From the IMG/VR virus record IMGVR_UViG_3300031823_000001, positions 64,001 through 128,000 of that record: DNA of 64,000 nt. One strand, given 5' to 3'. The position numbers and the translations under genes were made by a program. This stretch comes from a virus. The notes under the pieces are model-generated. The model was not told where the DNA came from and made no database searches. It saw only the letters and a list, made by a program, of their open reading frames with translations. Positions 45,659 to 55,312 of this stretch are shown one piece after another (the first letter of the stretch is position 1; each line of letters begins with the position of its first letter).

Positions 45659-47026
45659 ATGAACGCGCCAGTTACCGCACCAGAGACAGATCCCGTCGCC
45701 GCAGCCCGCAACGCGGTGCGCACCAGGTGGAGCGCGCACCAGTCGCAGCAGGCGGTGCGCCAGGCGGCGCGGGAGGAAGAGCGCGCCATCAGGGACGAGC
45801 GGCGCGGGGCGCGCCGGGAAATGCGCCGGCTGCACCGGGAAGACCGCGCCGACCGCACCGCCGCTGCCGCTGGTGCAGCCGGCGGGTGGGTGCGCCGCGC
45901 CGCGCCGGTAGTCGGTGCGGCCGTACCTGTCGCCCTCGTGAACGCCACCGCCTTCGTCGGCCAGTTCGCCTACATCAGGGACCACGTGCCGTGGGTTCTC
46001 CCCGGGCAGATCCTGGTGGCCGCCACCTTCGAGTCGGTCGCCGTCTACCTGGCCTGGCACGCGCACATGGCGATGATGAAGAACGACTCGGCGACCCGCC
46101 TCAAGCTGGGCGCCCAGCTCTTCGCCCTGATCATGGCCGCGATGAACTACAGCCACTACGCCGTCCACTGGCGTCCCACTGTCCTGGCCGTGGGCCTGGG
46201 CCTGATGTCGCTGCTGTCCCCGTCGCTGTGGGGCATCTACTCCCGGCGCGCCGCCCGCGACAAGCTGATGGAGCGCGGCCTGATCGAGGAGCACGCGGTG
46301 CGCCTCGGCGCGAACCGCTGGACGTGGCACCCGGTGCGCTCCGTTGCCGTCATGTGGCGCGCCACCTGGGTCGGCGAGAACGACCCGAAGCGCGCCATCG
46401 GCCTGTACGAGTCGGCGCAGGTCTCGCGCCGCGCCATCCGGTCGGCGCGCCGCGCCAGCGACGGCGCGCCAGGTGCGCCGCGCCAGGGTGGCGCGCCAGA
46501 GGCGGCGCAGCCCGCGCCGGTACCCGCGCCGCGCCAGGAGGCCATCGCGGCTGGCGCGCCACTGGCGCAGGAGTCCCCGGCCGCGCCGCTGCCAGTCGGC
46601 ACCGACGGCACGCCGCTCCAGTGGCCGGGCCTGGCGCAGTACGCGCAGCAATCGGCCCCGGCCGCCCTGATCCCCGGCACCACCCTGAACGGCCACCCGG
46701 TCGCGGACGTGAAGGCTATTGCGGAACTGGCCGCGACGCCTACCCTGAGTGCATCGCACCCGATTGACCCGCAGCGCGTCGTTGATGCCGAGCTGCACCT
46801 GGCGGGACTTGCCGTCAGCGACCTGCCGTCTGAGCGCGTTGTCTCGCGGATTCTCTGCCCCGAGCACGACCACCGCCGCCACGCCAAGGCGCTGCTCCAG
46901 GCGCGCCGCGCCGCCGGCCAGGACCCGCTCCCCGCGTTTGTCCAGCGTCAGCGCCCGGCGCACGCCCCCACGGTCATCGCCACCCCTGCCGCTACCCTCC
47001 CAGGAGGCATCCAGGCTCATGGCTAG
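45659..47026 (+). CDS. DUF2637/Spd-like membrane protein
   Basis: Coiled N-term, four TMs (FESVAVYL..MNYSH), Pro/Ala-rich C-term. Confidence 0.7.
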   Translation: MNAPVTAPETDPVAAARNAVRTRWSAHQSQQAVRQAAREEERAIRDERRGARREMRRLHREDRADRTAAAAGAAGGWVRRAAPVVGAAVPVALVNATAFVGQFAYIRDHVPWVLPGQILVAATFESVAVYLAWHAHMAMMKNDSATRLKLGAQLFALIMAAMNYSHYAVHWRPTVLAVGLGLMSLLSPSLWGIYSRRAARDKLMERGLIEEHAVRLGANRWTWHPVRSVAVMWRATWVGENDPKRAIGLYESAQVSRRAIRSARRASDGAPGAPRQGGAPEAAQPAPVPAPRQEAIAAGAPLAQESPAAPLPVGTDGTPLQWPGLAQYAQQSAPAALIPGTTLNGHPVADVKAIAELAATPTLSASHPIDPQRVVDAELHLAGLAVSDLPSERVVSRILCPEHDHRRHAKALLQARRAAGQDPLPAFVQRQRPAHAPTVIATPAATLPGGIQAHG

Positions 47027-48818
47027 CATCCTCCCGTCGTCCCCGCCGCCGTCCGGGTCCCGGCTCCACCTCGCAAGGAGAGCCGGGATCGGCGTCTGCG
47101 CAGGCGCCGTCGTGCTCGGCGGCCTGGGGCACGTCATCGGCTGGAAGTCAGCCGGCATCCTCGCGGCGTGCGCCGCTGGGGCCGCCGCGCTGTTCTTCCT
47201 CGTGCGCGGCATCCGCCAGCGCAGGTCCGGCGGCCTTCCCCCGGGCTTGCGGGGACTGCCCCCGGGCCTGCGGGGCGGCGGCCGGATTCCCGGCCTCCCG
47301 CGCGGCCTCGGCCGTGGCGGTCTGCCCCGGGGGCTCGGCCGTGGCGGCCTGCCTCGCGGATTTCCCCGTGGCGGCCTGCCTCGCGGATTTCCCCGTGGCG
47401 GCCTGAAGATGCCCCGGGGAGTTGGACGCGGCCGTCTCCCGGGCGGGATGCGGTCGTCTCTCCCCAAGGGGATGCGTGCCCCGGCGTCGCGCTCGCGCAT
47501 GCCCGGCCTGGCGTCCCGTTCCGGCCGCAGTGCCGGTCCCGGCCGCAGCAAGGGCGCACTCCCGGGCGGCTCGCGCAGCAAGTTCCGGCCGCGCGCGGCT
47601 GGCGCTCCGGCGTTCCGTTCCTCGCGGGCCAGCGGGCGCCCCGGAGCCCGGGCCGGCTCGCGTGCCGGGTCGCCGGGATCTTCGCGCAGAAGCGGCGGGA
47701 TCGGCTCGCGCGCTTCCGGCGGCCTGCCCCGCAGCGGGCGCACCTGGGGCGGCCGGCGTTCCGGGCTCGGGTCCGGCAGTGCCCGCACCGGAAGATCCCG
47801 CTCCCCGGGCGCCAGGCCCGGCGCTCCGGCGCGGGTGAACGGCTGGCGCAGGGCCGTCCCACCGAGGATGCGCCCCGCGTCGTGGACCGGCGGCACGCCC
47901 GCCCCGGCGCGCGGGTGGCGCAAGCTCATTCCGCCGCGCCTGCGCCCGGCCGCACCGGGCACTATCCCGAACCCGTCCGCCGGCGCGACCAGGCGGCGCG
48001 GTACCAGGCGCAGGAACAACTTGAACAAGCCGCCCCGCGTCCGGCTGCGGCGCCGCTGGTTCCGCCGGCCGGGGCGCCGGGTGAAGGGACCGAGGCCGGT
48101 GCGTACGCACAAGCTGCGGCCGTTCACCCAGGCGTGGCTCCTTCACCATGTCGGCCGGTACGGCCGGCGCCGCAACCGGAGGCAGACGGCGCGGCAGGCC
48201 CGCAGGACAGCCAGCACACGCCGGAGATCAATTCGCGGCAGGATGCGCAGAATGCAGGCTTTCTTGATAAGGTGGAGGCTCAGAAAGAAGAACAGGACGC
48301 AGGCACCGAGCGCTCCGGTGGGTCCGGCGGTAACCATTACGCCGCCGAGCAGGACCGCCGACCCGGATGCTCACCGCCGGCCCCGGCCGGCCCGTCCGCG
48401 CCCAGGACCCGCCGCTCCGGCCGGAGCGCCTTTCGCGGGCCAGCCGAGTTCCCCAACCGGAGGACAAATGCCCAATGTCACCTCTGCTCCGATCGAGCAG
48501 GTTATCGAGGCGATCAACTCCGCCTTCGGCAACTTCAACCCCGAGAGCGTCGTCCCCGACGTGGAGGCGTTCCTGGAGAACCTTCCCAAGGTGTTCGACG
48601 CTCTCGACGCCAACATCAAGAAGGTCGCCGGCCGTATGGACGAGGACCTGCCGGTCCACAAGGACGTAGGCGAGGCGCTGCGCGAGCTTATCCCCCCGCT
48701 CGGCGGCCTGTCCGAGCGGGCCGAGGAGGCCTACACGACCTTCAAGAACCGTCACGCGCAGGAGCTGGACCAGCACTACAACCCGCGCCCGCACGAGGAG
48801 GCCTGGAACCGGCGGTAG
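47019..48818 (+). CDS. Arg/Gly-rich membrane protein with folded acidic C-term domain
   Basis: SD AGGAGG, two TMs, GGLPRG repeats; internal ATG 48468 with SD GGAGG. Confidence 0.65.
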   Translation: MASILPSSPPPSGSRLHLARRAGIGVCAGAVVLGGLGHVIGWKSAGILAACAAGAAALFFLVRGIRQRRSGGLPPGLRGLPPGLRGGGRIPGLPRGLGRGGLPRGLGRGGLPRGFPRGGLPRGFPRGGLKMPRGVGRGRLPGGMRSSLPKGMRAPASRSRMPGLASRSGRSAGPGRSKGALPGGSRSKFRPRAAGAPAFRSSRASGRPGARAGSRAGSPGSSRRSGGIGSRASGGLPRSGRTWGGRRSGLGSGSARTGRSRSPGARPGAPARVNGWRRAVPPRMRPASWTGGTPAPARGWRKLIPPRLRPAAPGTIPNPSAGATRRRGTRRRNNLNKPPRVRLRRRWFRRPGRRVKGPRPVRTHKLRPFTQAWLLHHVGRYGRRRNRRQTARQARRTASTRRRSIRGRMRRMQAFLIRWRLRKKNRTQAPSAPVGPAVTITPPSRTADPDAHRRPRPARPRPGPAAPAGAPFAGQPSSPTGGQMPNVTSAPIEQVIEAINSAFGNFNPESVVPDVEAFLENLPKVFDALDANIKKVAGRMDEDLPVHKDVGEALRELIPPLGGLSERAEEAYTTFKNRHAQELDQHYNPRPHEEAWNRR

Positions 48819-48835
48819 CGGGCGATCCCCTCAGC

Positions 48836-48879
48836 AGAGGGCGGGACGGTCTCCTCCCCAGGCCGTCCCGCCCTCTTTT
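48836..48879 (+). terminator. Intrinsic terminator
   Basis: AGAGGGCGGGACGG..CCGTCCCGCCCTCT TTT. Confidence 0.85.
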
Positions 48880-48921
48880 ACGTCCTTGTGCAGATACAGC
48901 TTTTCTTGATAATCTGCTCCC

Positions 48922-49227
48922 ATGACGAACAGCGCTGCCCCCACCCTGGTCATCACCGGGACGGCCGTCCAGTGGGACGGACGCCCGGTCGCCCGGCTTC
49001 TCTGGTCGGGCCGCTGCCTGAAGGTGGAGAACCTCCGGGGCCGTGGCCTCGGGCGCCTCATTCCGGCCGGATACACCGAGGGCCGCCCCGACGACGGAAG
49101 CGGCCTGTACGACGCGTGGACGGCCAAGCACCCTCACGTGCACACCCCCAGCGACACGGTCATCGCCAGGGACAAGAGACTGGCCGAGGGCATCGCCCTC
49201 ATCATCAAGGAGAGCACCAGTGGCTGA
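48922..49227 (+). CDS. Hypothetical protein
   Basis: Leaderless ATG after TTGTGC-N18-TAATCT. Confidence 0.7.
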   Translation: MTNSAAPTLVITGTAVQWDGRPVARLLWSGRCLKVENLRGRGLGRLIPAGYTEGRPDDGSGLYDAWTAKHPHVHTPSDTVIARDKRLAEGIALIIKESTSG

Positions 49228-49573
49228 CAGAGACATCAGGAACCTGCCGGTCTGGGGCCAGGTCCTGGTCCGCAGGCTTGAGGGCGAGCGCGACCGCGCC
49301 CGCCGCGACCTGGAAGATTACAAGGCCCGGGAGACCGCAACGCTGGAAGACAGCACTGTGGTCGCCGATCCCTACGGCGAGTGCCCCCGCCCCCTGGGGA
49401 AGGACCCGTCAGTCCACTTCAACGGCAGGGACATCTCGTTCTGCATTGAATTCGACAGCGCCGAGGGCATCCTGACCGTCACGGCGACCGGCTCCGGCCC
49501 GGCTGCCGGGAGCGGCCTCGCGGTCTACCCCTGGACCTCCAACGGCATCCGGCTGAAGGGCGGCCGTCCGTGA
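49220..49573 (+). CDS. Hypothetical protein
   Basis: SD AAGGAG, GTG start. Confidence 0.65.
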   Translation: MADRDIRNLPVWGQVLVRRLEGERDRARRDLEDYKARETATLEDSTVVADPYGECPRPLGKDPSVHFNGRDISFCIEFDSAEGILTVTATGSGPAAGSGLAVYPWTSNGIRLKGGRP

Positions 49574-49884
49574 GCGACCGTGACCTCTTCGACCACATCT
49601 GGCATTCTGACCGGACGGGCGGCTGGGTGACAGAGCTGCGCACCAGCGGGAGGTGGGCCGTCGTGCCCGTCTCCGCCCTGGTCGGCAAGACGGTGAACAT
49701 CGGCGACAAGGACGGCGGCGTCTACGAGGGCGTCACCCTGACGGCGTTCGACGAGCAGACGGGATACCTGACGCTCGAAGGGGGCATCAGCGGGTCGTGC
49801 TTCCGGCCGGAGGAGGCGAAGCCTTTGCAGCGCCCCGAGCGCCTGCTGGCGCACGATGTCGCCCGGGGCTTCGTCCATCCTTGA
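49570..49884 (+). CDS. Hypothetical protein
   Basis: GTGA overlap. Confidence 0.6.
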   Translation: MSDRDLFDHIWHSDRTGGWVTELRTSGRWAVVPVSALVGKTVNIGDKDGGVYEGVTLTAFDEQTGYLTLEGGISGSCFRPEEAKPLQRPERLLAHDVARGFVHP

Positions 49885-49956
49885 AGCCTGTTGCACCAAT
49901 ACAAGTTTTCTTGATAAAGTCGGTCTAGGACACCACCCACAGGAGGGAAACACGCG

Positions 49957-50697
49957 ATGACCGAGACGGACGAGCGGGCGGCGGGCACTGCCAAGGAGCT
50001 TGAGCAGGTAGCCCCCGGCTCGCTGGCGTACGCGACGGCGACAGACCCGACCAAGAAGTGGGACCTCGCGAAGCTGGCCGGGATGCTCGGCGGCGACGCG
50101 GAGCCCCCGAAGGTCACCCCGCAGCCCAAGCCGGCCGAGCCGGTGAAGATCACCCCGGAACTGAGGGCGGCCCTGCGCCGGCTCCCCGAGGTGTTCGGCG
50201 GCGTGGCCCCGACTGAGCCCCGCAAGCTGGAGGCCGCCGAAGTCAAGCGGCTCACCGACGAGCGCGACGTGCTCAGCCAGGTGATCACCGCCCTGGGCAA
50301 CCGGGACAAGGACATCGACGAGGCCATGCGCACCCACATGGACTACCTGGCCCCCGAGGGCGCCCCGGTGATCGCCGACGGCGTGGCCAAGGGCCACCGG
50401 CTCCTCGCTAAGGACGGCGAGCCCTTCGAGGTTCCCGTCGAGGGCTACGAGGACGCCTGGCAGCAGCGCAAGGTGCACGGCCGGGCCGACATGAGCATCG
50501 GCGTCCTCGCCGACCTCCTGGTGGCGGAAAAGATCACCAAGGAGGAGTTCATGTCCCTCACCGCGCAGGTGCGGGTCCTGGACGAGGACAGGATCAAGCG
50601 GGCGGTCCGAAGGAACCCGGCCCGGGTCCTGTCCATCCTCAAGGCGATCACCCTCCGCAAGGGCGACACCGCCCAACTGGTGCCGCCGAAGAAGTAG
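49957..50697 (+). CDS. Hypothetical phage protein
   Basis: SD AGGAGG, own promoter TTGCAC-N18-TAAAGT. Confidence 0.75.
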   Translation: MTETDERAAGTAKELEQVAPGSLAYATATDPTKKWDLAKLAGMLGGDAEPPKVTPQPKPAEPVKITPELRAALRRLPEVFGGVAPTEPRKLEAAEVKRLTDERDVLSQVITALGNRDKDIDEAMRTHMDYLAPEGAPVIADGVAKGHRLLAKDGEPFEVPVEGYEDAWQQRKVHGRADMSIGVLADLLVAEKITKEEFMSLTAQVRVLDEDRIKRAVRRNPARVLSILKAITLRKGDTAQLVPPKK

Positions 50698-50704
50698 GCA
50701 CTCC

Positions 50705-50741
50705 GGGGACGCCCGGCCCCTGACCGGGGGCCGGGCGTCCT
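50705..50741 (+). terminator. GC hairpin terminator
   Basis: GGACGCCCGGCCCC..GGGGCCGGGCGTCC. Confidence 0.6.
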
Positions 50742-50758
50742 CCCGTACCAAGAGAGAG

Positions 50759-51187
50759 ATGATGACAATCGAAACGAACGTCGTCCCCGCTGAGGCCGTT
50801 CCGCCGTTCATGGTCACCGAAGAGATGATCAACGAGCGCGACTGGAGCCGGGGGCAGGCGCCTTTCTACCGGGTGGCGGAGGTGGCGAAGTTCTTCTTCG
50901 GCATGTCCGAGTCGTGGCTGCGGCTGAAACTGCGGCCGGACGAAGACCACCCCGACACCTGGTTCGTCCTGCGCGGGGAGCGGATCGACATCCGTCGCAA
51001 CAACCCGGACAAGGACGACTCCTCGCGCGTCTTCACTCTCGCGGACATCGAGCCCATGGCATGGTCCCTGCGCCGCTTCGGTGCGATCAGCAGGCTGCGC
51101 CTCGCCCAGATCCTGCGGGTAGTAGAAGCGGAGGCGTTCCTGTACGGGCTGTTCACGCCCCCGGCGCCTGAGGAAGAGCCCGAGTGA
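50759..51187 (+). CDS. HTH DNA-binding protein (MerR/Xis-like)
   Basis: YRVAEVAKFFFGMSESWLR..RVFTLADIE. Confidence 0.7.
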   Translation: MMTIETNVVPAEAVPPFMVTEEMINERDWSRGQAPFYRVAEVAKFFFGMSESWLRLKLRPDEDHPDTWFVLRGERIDIRRNNPDKDDSSRVFTLADIEPMAWSLRRFGAISRLRLAQILRVVEAEAFLYGLFTPPAPEEEPE

Positions 51188-52062
51188 CGGCGCCTCCTCC
51201 GCTGATGGCGGTGGACGGCACCGGGCTGCTGGTCCGGTGCTCCCGGGCCGCCGCCCGCACCGGGATGCACGCCCCCGACGGCACGCCCACGGGAGCGCTG
51301 ACGCTGTTCGTCGGCTCCCTGGCGTCCATGGTGCGGGAGGTCCGGCCGTTGTACTTCCTGGTCGCCTGGGACGGGGCGAACGGGAGGGCCTGGCGGCGCG
51401 CGATCTGCCCGGAGTACAAGGCCAACAGGCTTCCGTTCCCGGACAAGCGCCCGGTGGAGAGCGAGCAGGTACGCGAGTTCTGCACTGCCGCAGGGATCGC
51501 CCAGTGGTGCATGGACGACTTCGAGGCGGACGACCTGCTTGCCGCCGCCGCCCGGCTGTCCGGCCGGGACCTCCCGGGCTGCGACGTGGTGCTGTGCTCC
51601 GACGACCGCGACGTGCTCCAGCTCATCGAGCCGGGCCGGGTGCGCGTGCGCACCTTCGGCAGCGGCGGCATGACAGCCGACACCCTGAGCGTCATCGAAG
51701 AGTGGGGCGTCTACCCGGAGCACCTGCCGTCCCTGCGCGCCCTCGCGGGCGACCCGAGCGACGGAATCCCCGGGCTGCCCGGGGTGGGCCCGGTGAGGGC
51801 CGCACTGATGCTCCAGCAGGCCGGGTTCTCCTGGCCGCTGCCGGAGGCGGTTCTTCCCGACCCGGCGCAGCACGCGCAGGCACAGGCATGGCACGACATC
51901 ATGACCCTGCACGGCGCCCCGGAGACCCCCGAAGGCCACGATGCTACCGGAATCCTTGATATCCGCCAGACAGCCTGGACGCGCGGTAACATCCTCCCCG
52001 TACTTGAAAAGTACGGGATGCGTGTTTTGGCGGAAAGGTGGTCGAAAAGCGCTCTCTGGTAA
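51184..52062 (+). CDS. 5'-3' exonuclease (PolA N-term/FEN)
   Basis: VDG, YKANR, EADD, SDDRD, LAGDPSDGIPGLPGVG. Confidence 0.92.
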   Translation: MTAPPPLMAVDGTGLLVRCSRAAARTGMHAPDGTPTGALTLFVGSLASMVREVRPLYFLVAWDGANGRAWRRAICPEYKANRLPFPDKRPVESEQVREFCTAAGIAQWCMDDFEADDLLAAAARLSGRDLPGCDVVLCSDDRDVLQLIEPGRVRVRTFGSGGMTADTLSVIEEWGVYPEHLPSLRALAGDPSDGIPGLPGVGPVRAALMLQQAGFSWPLPEAVLPDPAQHAQAQAWHDIMTLHGAPETPEGHDATGILDIRQTAWTRGNILPVLEKYGMRVLAERWSKSALW

Positions 52063-52190
52063 TTAAAGTTCAGCTTGACCGGCGCATTATCCCGGTCATA
52101 GCCTCTCCCTACACGGCGTGAATTCCCCGAGCGGGGGCCAGACGCCGCTTCAGCCTTTTGCGGTTCCTCAACCTGAAAGGTCAGTGAGTC

Positions 52191-52502
52191 ATGTCGCCGA
52201 CTCTCGACTTTGCACTGCCGTCCCCTCAGACGGTCACCCGGGACTCTTTCCCGGGATTCGTCCAGGACGAGATCCTCCGGACCTCCGGACCCCAGCCTCC
52301 CTGCCCGGCCGCCCGGGACATCCTCTTCGCCTTCTGGGACCGATTCGGCCCGAGCAAGACGATGGACGTGTGCTCCCTCGTGTTCGGCCCGCAGCACCGT
52401 GGTATCTGGCGCAGCGCGCCGGTTACCCCGCTGCGCTTCGCCGAGCGCCAGGACGAGTTCTTCGCGCTCCCGCTCCTGGAGGGCGGTGACTGCCTTGAGT
52501 GA
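52191..52502 (+). CDS. Hypothetical protein
   Basis: ORF overlapping primase start. Confidence 0.6.
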   Translation: MSPTLDFALPSPQTVTRDSFPGFVQDEILRTSGPQPPCPAARDILFAFWDRFGPSKTMDVCSLVFGPQHRGIWRSAPVTPLRFAERQDEFFALPLLEGGDCLE

Positions 52503-54897
52503 GGAGATCGCCGGCGGCGACCTCGGCACCGGCTACCTGACCCCCCCGGAGGAAGACCGCCGCGCCGAGCTGTGCAGCGCAGCGCTTCACTACGCCCGCG
52601 ACCTGCGCTTCGCTGTCATCCCCGTCCGGTGGATGGAGAACGGCGCGTGCTCCTGCCCGCGCGGGATCGAGTGCCCGTCCCCGGGCAAGCACCCGGTGCA
52701 CGAGCACTGGCCCGACACCGCCACCGCCGACCCGCTGGAGGTGGCGCACTGGTGGCGGCCGGTGCCGCCGGACGCCAACCCGTCCGAGTGGTGGCCGAAG
52801 GCGAACATCGGCATCGTGACCGGCCGCAAGTCCGGCATCTGGGTGCTCGACGTGGACTCCTACAACGGCGGGGACCACCGGCTCGCCGGGTACGAGAACC
52901 GCCACGGCGACCTCCCCGAGACACGCCTGCACCGCACCGGCTCCAACGGCGTGCACTACTTCTTCGCCCACCCCGGGTTCGACGTCCGCAACAACGCCAG
53001 CACGATGCTCGGCCAGGGCCTTGACCTGCGCGGCGAGCGCGGCTTCGTCGTCGCTCCCCCCTCGGTGTCCGCCAAGGGCATCTACGAGCTGAACCCCGCG
53101 CACGACATCGCCCCGGCAGCCGCCCCGGCGTGGCTGCTCGACCTGCTGCGCGAGTACGACAAGCAGCAGAACGGCGAGGCGCTCGCGGGCAGGATGCCCG
53201 AGATCGCCGGGTCCGGCACCCGCCGGTACGCGGAGGCGGCGCTGCGCGCGGAGGCCGAGCGGATGCGCAAGGCCGGCCCGGGCTACCGCAACGACACTCT
53301 CAACCAGTGCGCGTTCAGCCTCGGCACTCTCGGCGGGGCCGGGCTCCTGGAGGAGGCCACGGCATTCGCCGCGCTGCGCGAGGCCGCCTGCGACTCCGGG
53401 CTGGGCGAAGGCGAGATCCGGGCTACCTTCATGTCCGGCTGGAAGGCCGGCCTGGAGAACCCCCGGCAGGTGCAGTGGCAGGCCATGCAGGGCGAGTGGC
53501 CGACCCGCGCCCGCACCGAGTTCGGCCTGGCCGACAGGTTCGCCGACCACTGGGGAGAGCTGGTGCGCTGGTGCCCGGAGCGCGCCACCTGGATGACTTA
53601 CCACCAGGGCGTCTGGATGACCGACGCCCCGCAGGCGGGCGAGTGGTACGCCCAGATGATGATCCGCTCGCTGGAGGACACCGAGGGACTGTCCTACGAG
53701 GAGGAACCGGGAACCGCTCCCGACGGGGAGACCGAGACGCCGTCCCCGCGCGCCATGTTCAGCGAGTGGGTCGCCAAGCAGCAGACGAGGAAGGCGGTCA
53801 GCGCCGCCGCCCGGCTGGCGACCGGCCTTCCCCTGATGCGCATGGCCCAGTCCACCTTCGACGTGGACCCGATGAAGCTGAACGTCAGGAACGGCGTGGT
53901 TGACCTGGCGACCGGGGAGTGCACCGAGCACTCTCCGGACTACCGGATGACTCTCCAGGCGAATGCGTACTACCGCCGGGGCGAGGCCGCGCCGCAGTGG
54001 GACGAGTTCCTGCGGCGGGTGCAGCCTGACCCGGAGATGCGCGCTTACCTCCAGCGGGTAGCCGGCTACTGCGCGACCGGCCGTACCGACGAGCAGGCCA
54101 TGTTCCTGTGGCACGGCTCGGGGGCGAACGGCAAGTCCGTCGCCCAGGCGGTTCTCGCCCACGTGCTGGGCGGCTACGCGCAGACGATGCCGGTGTCCAC
54201 CCTGATGGCCAGCTCCATGGACGACCGCATCCCCAACGACGTTGCCCGGATGGCGGGCAAGCGGTTCCTGGTGGCCAGCGAGACCAAGGCAGGCAGGGCC
54301 CTCGACGAGCCGCGCCTGAAGCAGCTCACCGGAGGGGACACGATCGCGGCCCGGTACATGCGGGCCGAGTACTTCGAGTTCAAGCCGGTCGGCAAGATCC
54401 AGCTCACCACCAACCACCTGCCGAAGATGAGCGACGACGCGGCCACCTGGCGGCGCATCCACCTGATCCTGTGGGGCGTCGTCATCCCTGAGCACGAGCG
54501 GGACGGCTTCCTCCAGGAGCGGCTGATCGCGGAGGAGTCCGCCGGCATCCTCAACTGGATCATCGAGGGGGCCCTGGCCTGGCAGGCAGACGGCCTGAAC
54601 CCGCCGGAGGGCGTGCTGGCGGCCAAGGAGGCCTACCGCGTCGAGGAGGACGTGGTGCAGCAGTTCATCGAGGCGATGATCGACGTGGTGGACCCGGTGG
54701 CCCGGCACGTGGGCCGCAGCACGGCGGAGATCCACTCGGCCTTCGAGAACTGGGCGGCCAGCGAGCACCTCGGGGCGGACGGCAAGCTCGGACAGAGGGC
54801 GCTGACCTCGCGGCTGCGGAAGCGCGGCTTCGAGTACGTGCGAAGGGGCGGCTGGGCCGGGTTCCCGGGGCTCCAGGTGAGGTCGCTCCTGGGCTGA
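52495..54897 (+). CDS. Bifunctional primase-polymerase / D5-type SF3 helicase
   Basis: CSC..C..PGKHP, NIGIVTG..LDVD, GFVVAPPS; GSGANGKS, KQLTGGD. Confidence 0.92.
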   Translation: MSEEIAGGDLGTGYLTPPEEDRRAELCSAALHYARDLRFAVIPVRWMENGACSCPRGIECPSPGKHPVHEHWPDTATADPLEVAHWWRPVPPDANPSEWWPKANIGIVTGRKSGIWVLDVDSYNGGDHRLAGYENRHGDLPETRLHRTGSNGVHYFFAHPGFDVRNNASTMLGQGLDLRGERGFVVAPPSVSAKGIYELNPAHDIAPAAAPAWLLDLLREYDKQQNGEALAGRMPEIAGSGTRRYAEAALRAEAERMRKAGPGYRNDTLNQCAFSLGTLGGAGLLEEATAFAALREAACDSGLGEGEIRATFMSGWKAGLENPRQVQWQAMQGEWPTRARTEFGLADRFADHWGELVRWCPERATWMTYHQGVWMTDAPQAGEWYAQMMIRSLEDTEGLSYEEEPGTAPDGETETPSPRAMFSEWVAKQQTRKAVSAAARLATGLPLMRMAQSTFDVDPMKLNVRNGVVDLATGECTEHSPDYRMTLQANAYYRRGEAAPQWDEFLRRVQPDPEMRAYLQRVAGYCATGRTDEQAMFLWHGSGANGKSVAQAVLAHVLGGYAQTMPVSTLMASSMDDRIPNDVARMAGKRFLVASETKAGRALDEPRLKQLTGGDTIAARYMRAEYFEFKPVGKIQLTTNHLPKMSDDAATWRRIHLILWGVVIPEHERDGFLQERLIAEESAGILNWIIEGALAWQADGLNPPEGVLAAKEAYRVEEDVVQQFIEAMIDVVDPVARHVGRSTAEIHSAFENWAASEHLGADGKLGQRALTSRLRKRGFEYVRRGGWAGFPGLQVRSLLG

Positions 54898-55011
54898 CGT
54901 GCAATCTTGCCGGGGTCCTGTGCAATCCGGTGTGCACATTTTGTGCAGAACATGTTTTCGGTAAAACTGAATAACAGGCGAAGTGTGCACATGTGCAATC
55001 TTTACCCCGCT
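54898..55011 (+). repeat. Third TGCA-rich unit, candidate origin
   Basis: Close match to reverse complement of 5777-5878. Confidence 0.8.
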
Positions 55012-55129
55012 GATCCTCCAGAAAAAAATCCGGAGGATCGTACGGGCATGTAATTGCACATACCGGATTTACGGCTGCATAAGTCACTTTAATACTGCGC
55101 AGTACCATATCCGCAAAGGAGGAAACACC

Positions 55130-55312
55130 ATGGCAATCCGCAAGACAGGGGCCGTCACCGGCCAGGTCACCGAGGTGGAGCAGGAGCCGCAGGAGCAGAT
55201 CTCCGCCACGGCCGCCCGCTGGCCGCAGGACTACGAAGCCGCCCCCGTCACCTGGGACGACATCCAGGAGGAAGCCCTGGCGGCCGAGAACAAGGCGGCC
55301 GACCAGGAGTGA
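55130..55312 (+). CDS. Small acidic protein
   Basis: SD AAGGAGG. Confidence 0.7.
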   Translation: MAIRKTGAVTGQVTEVEQEPQEQISATAARWPQDYEAAPVTWDDIQEEALAAENKAADQE

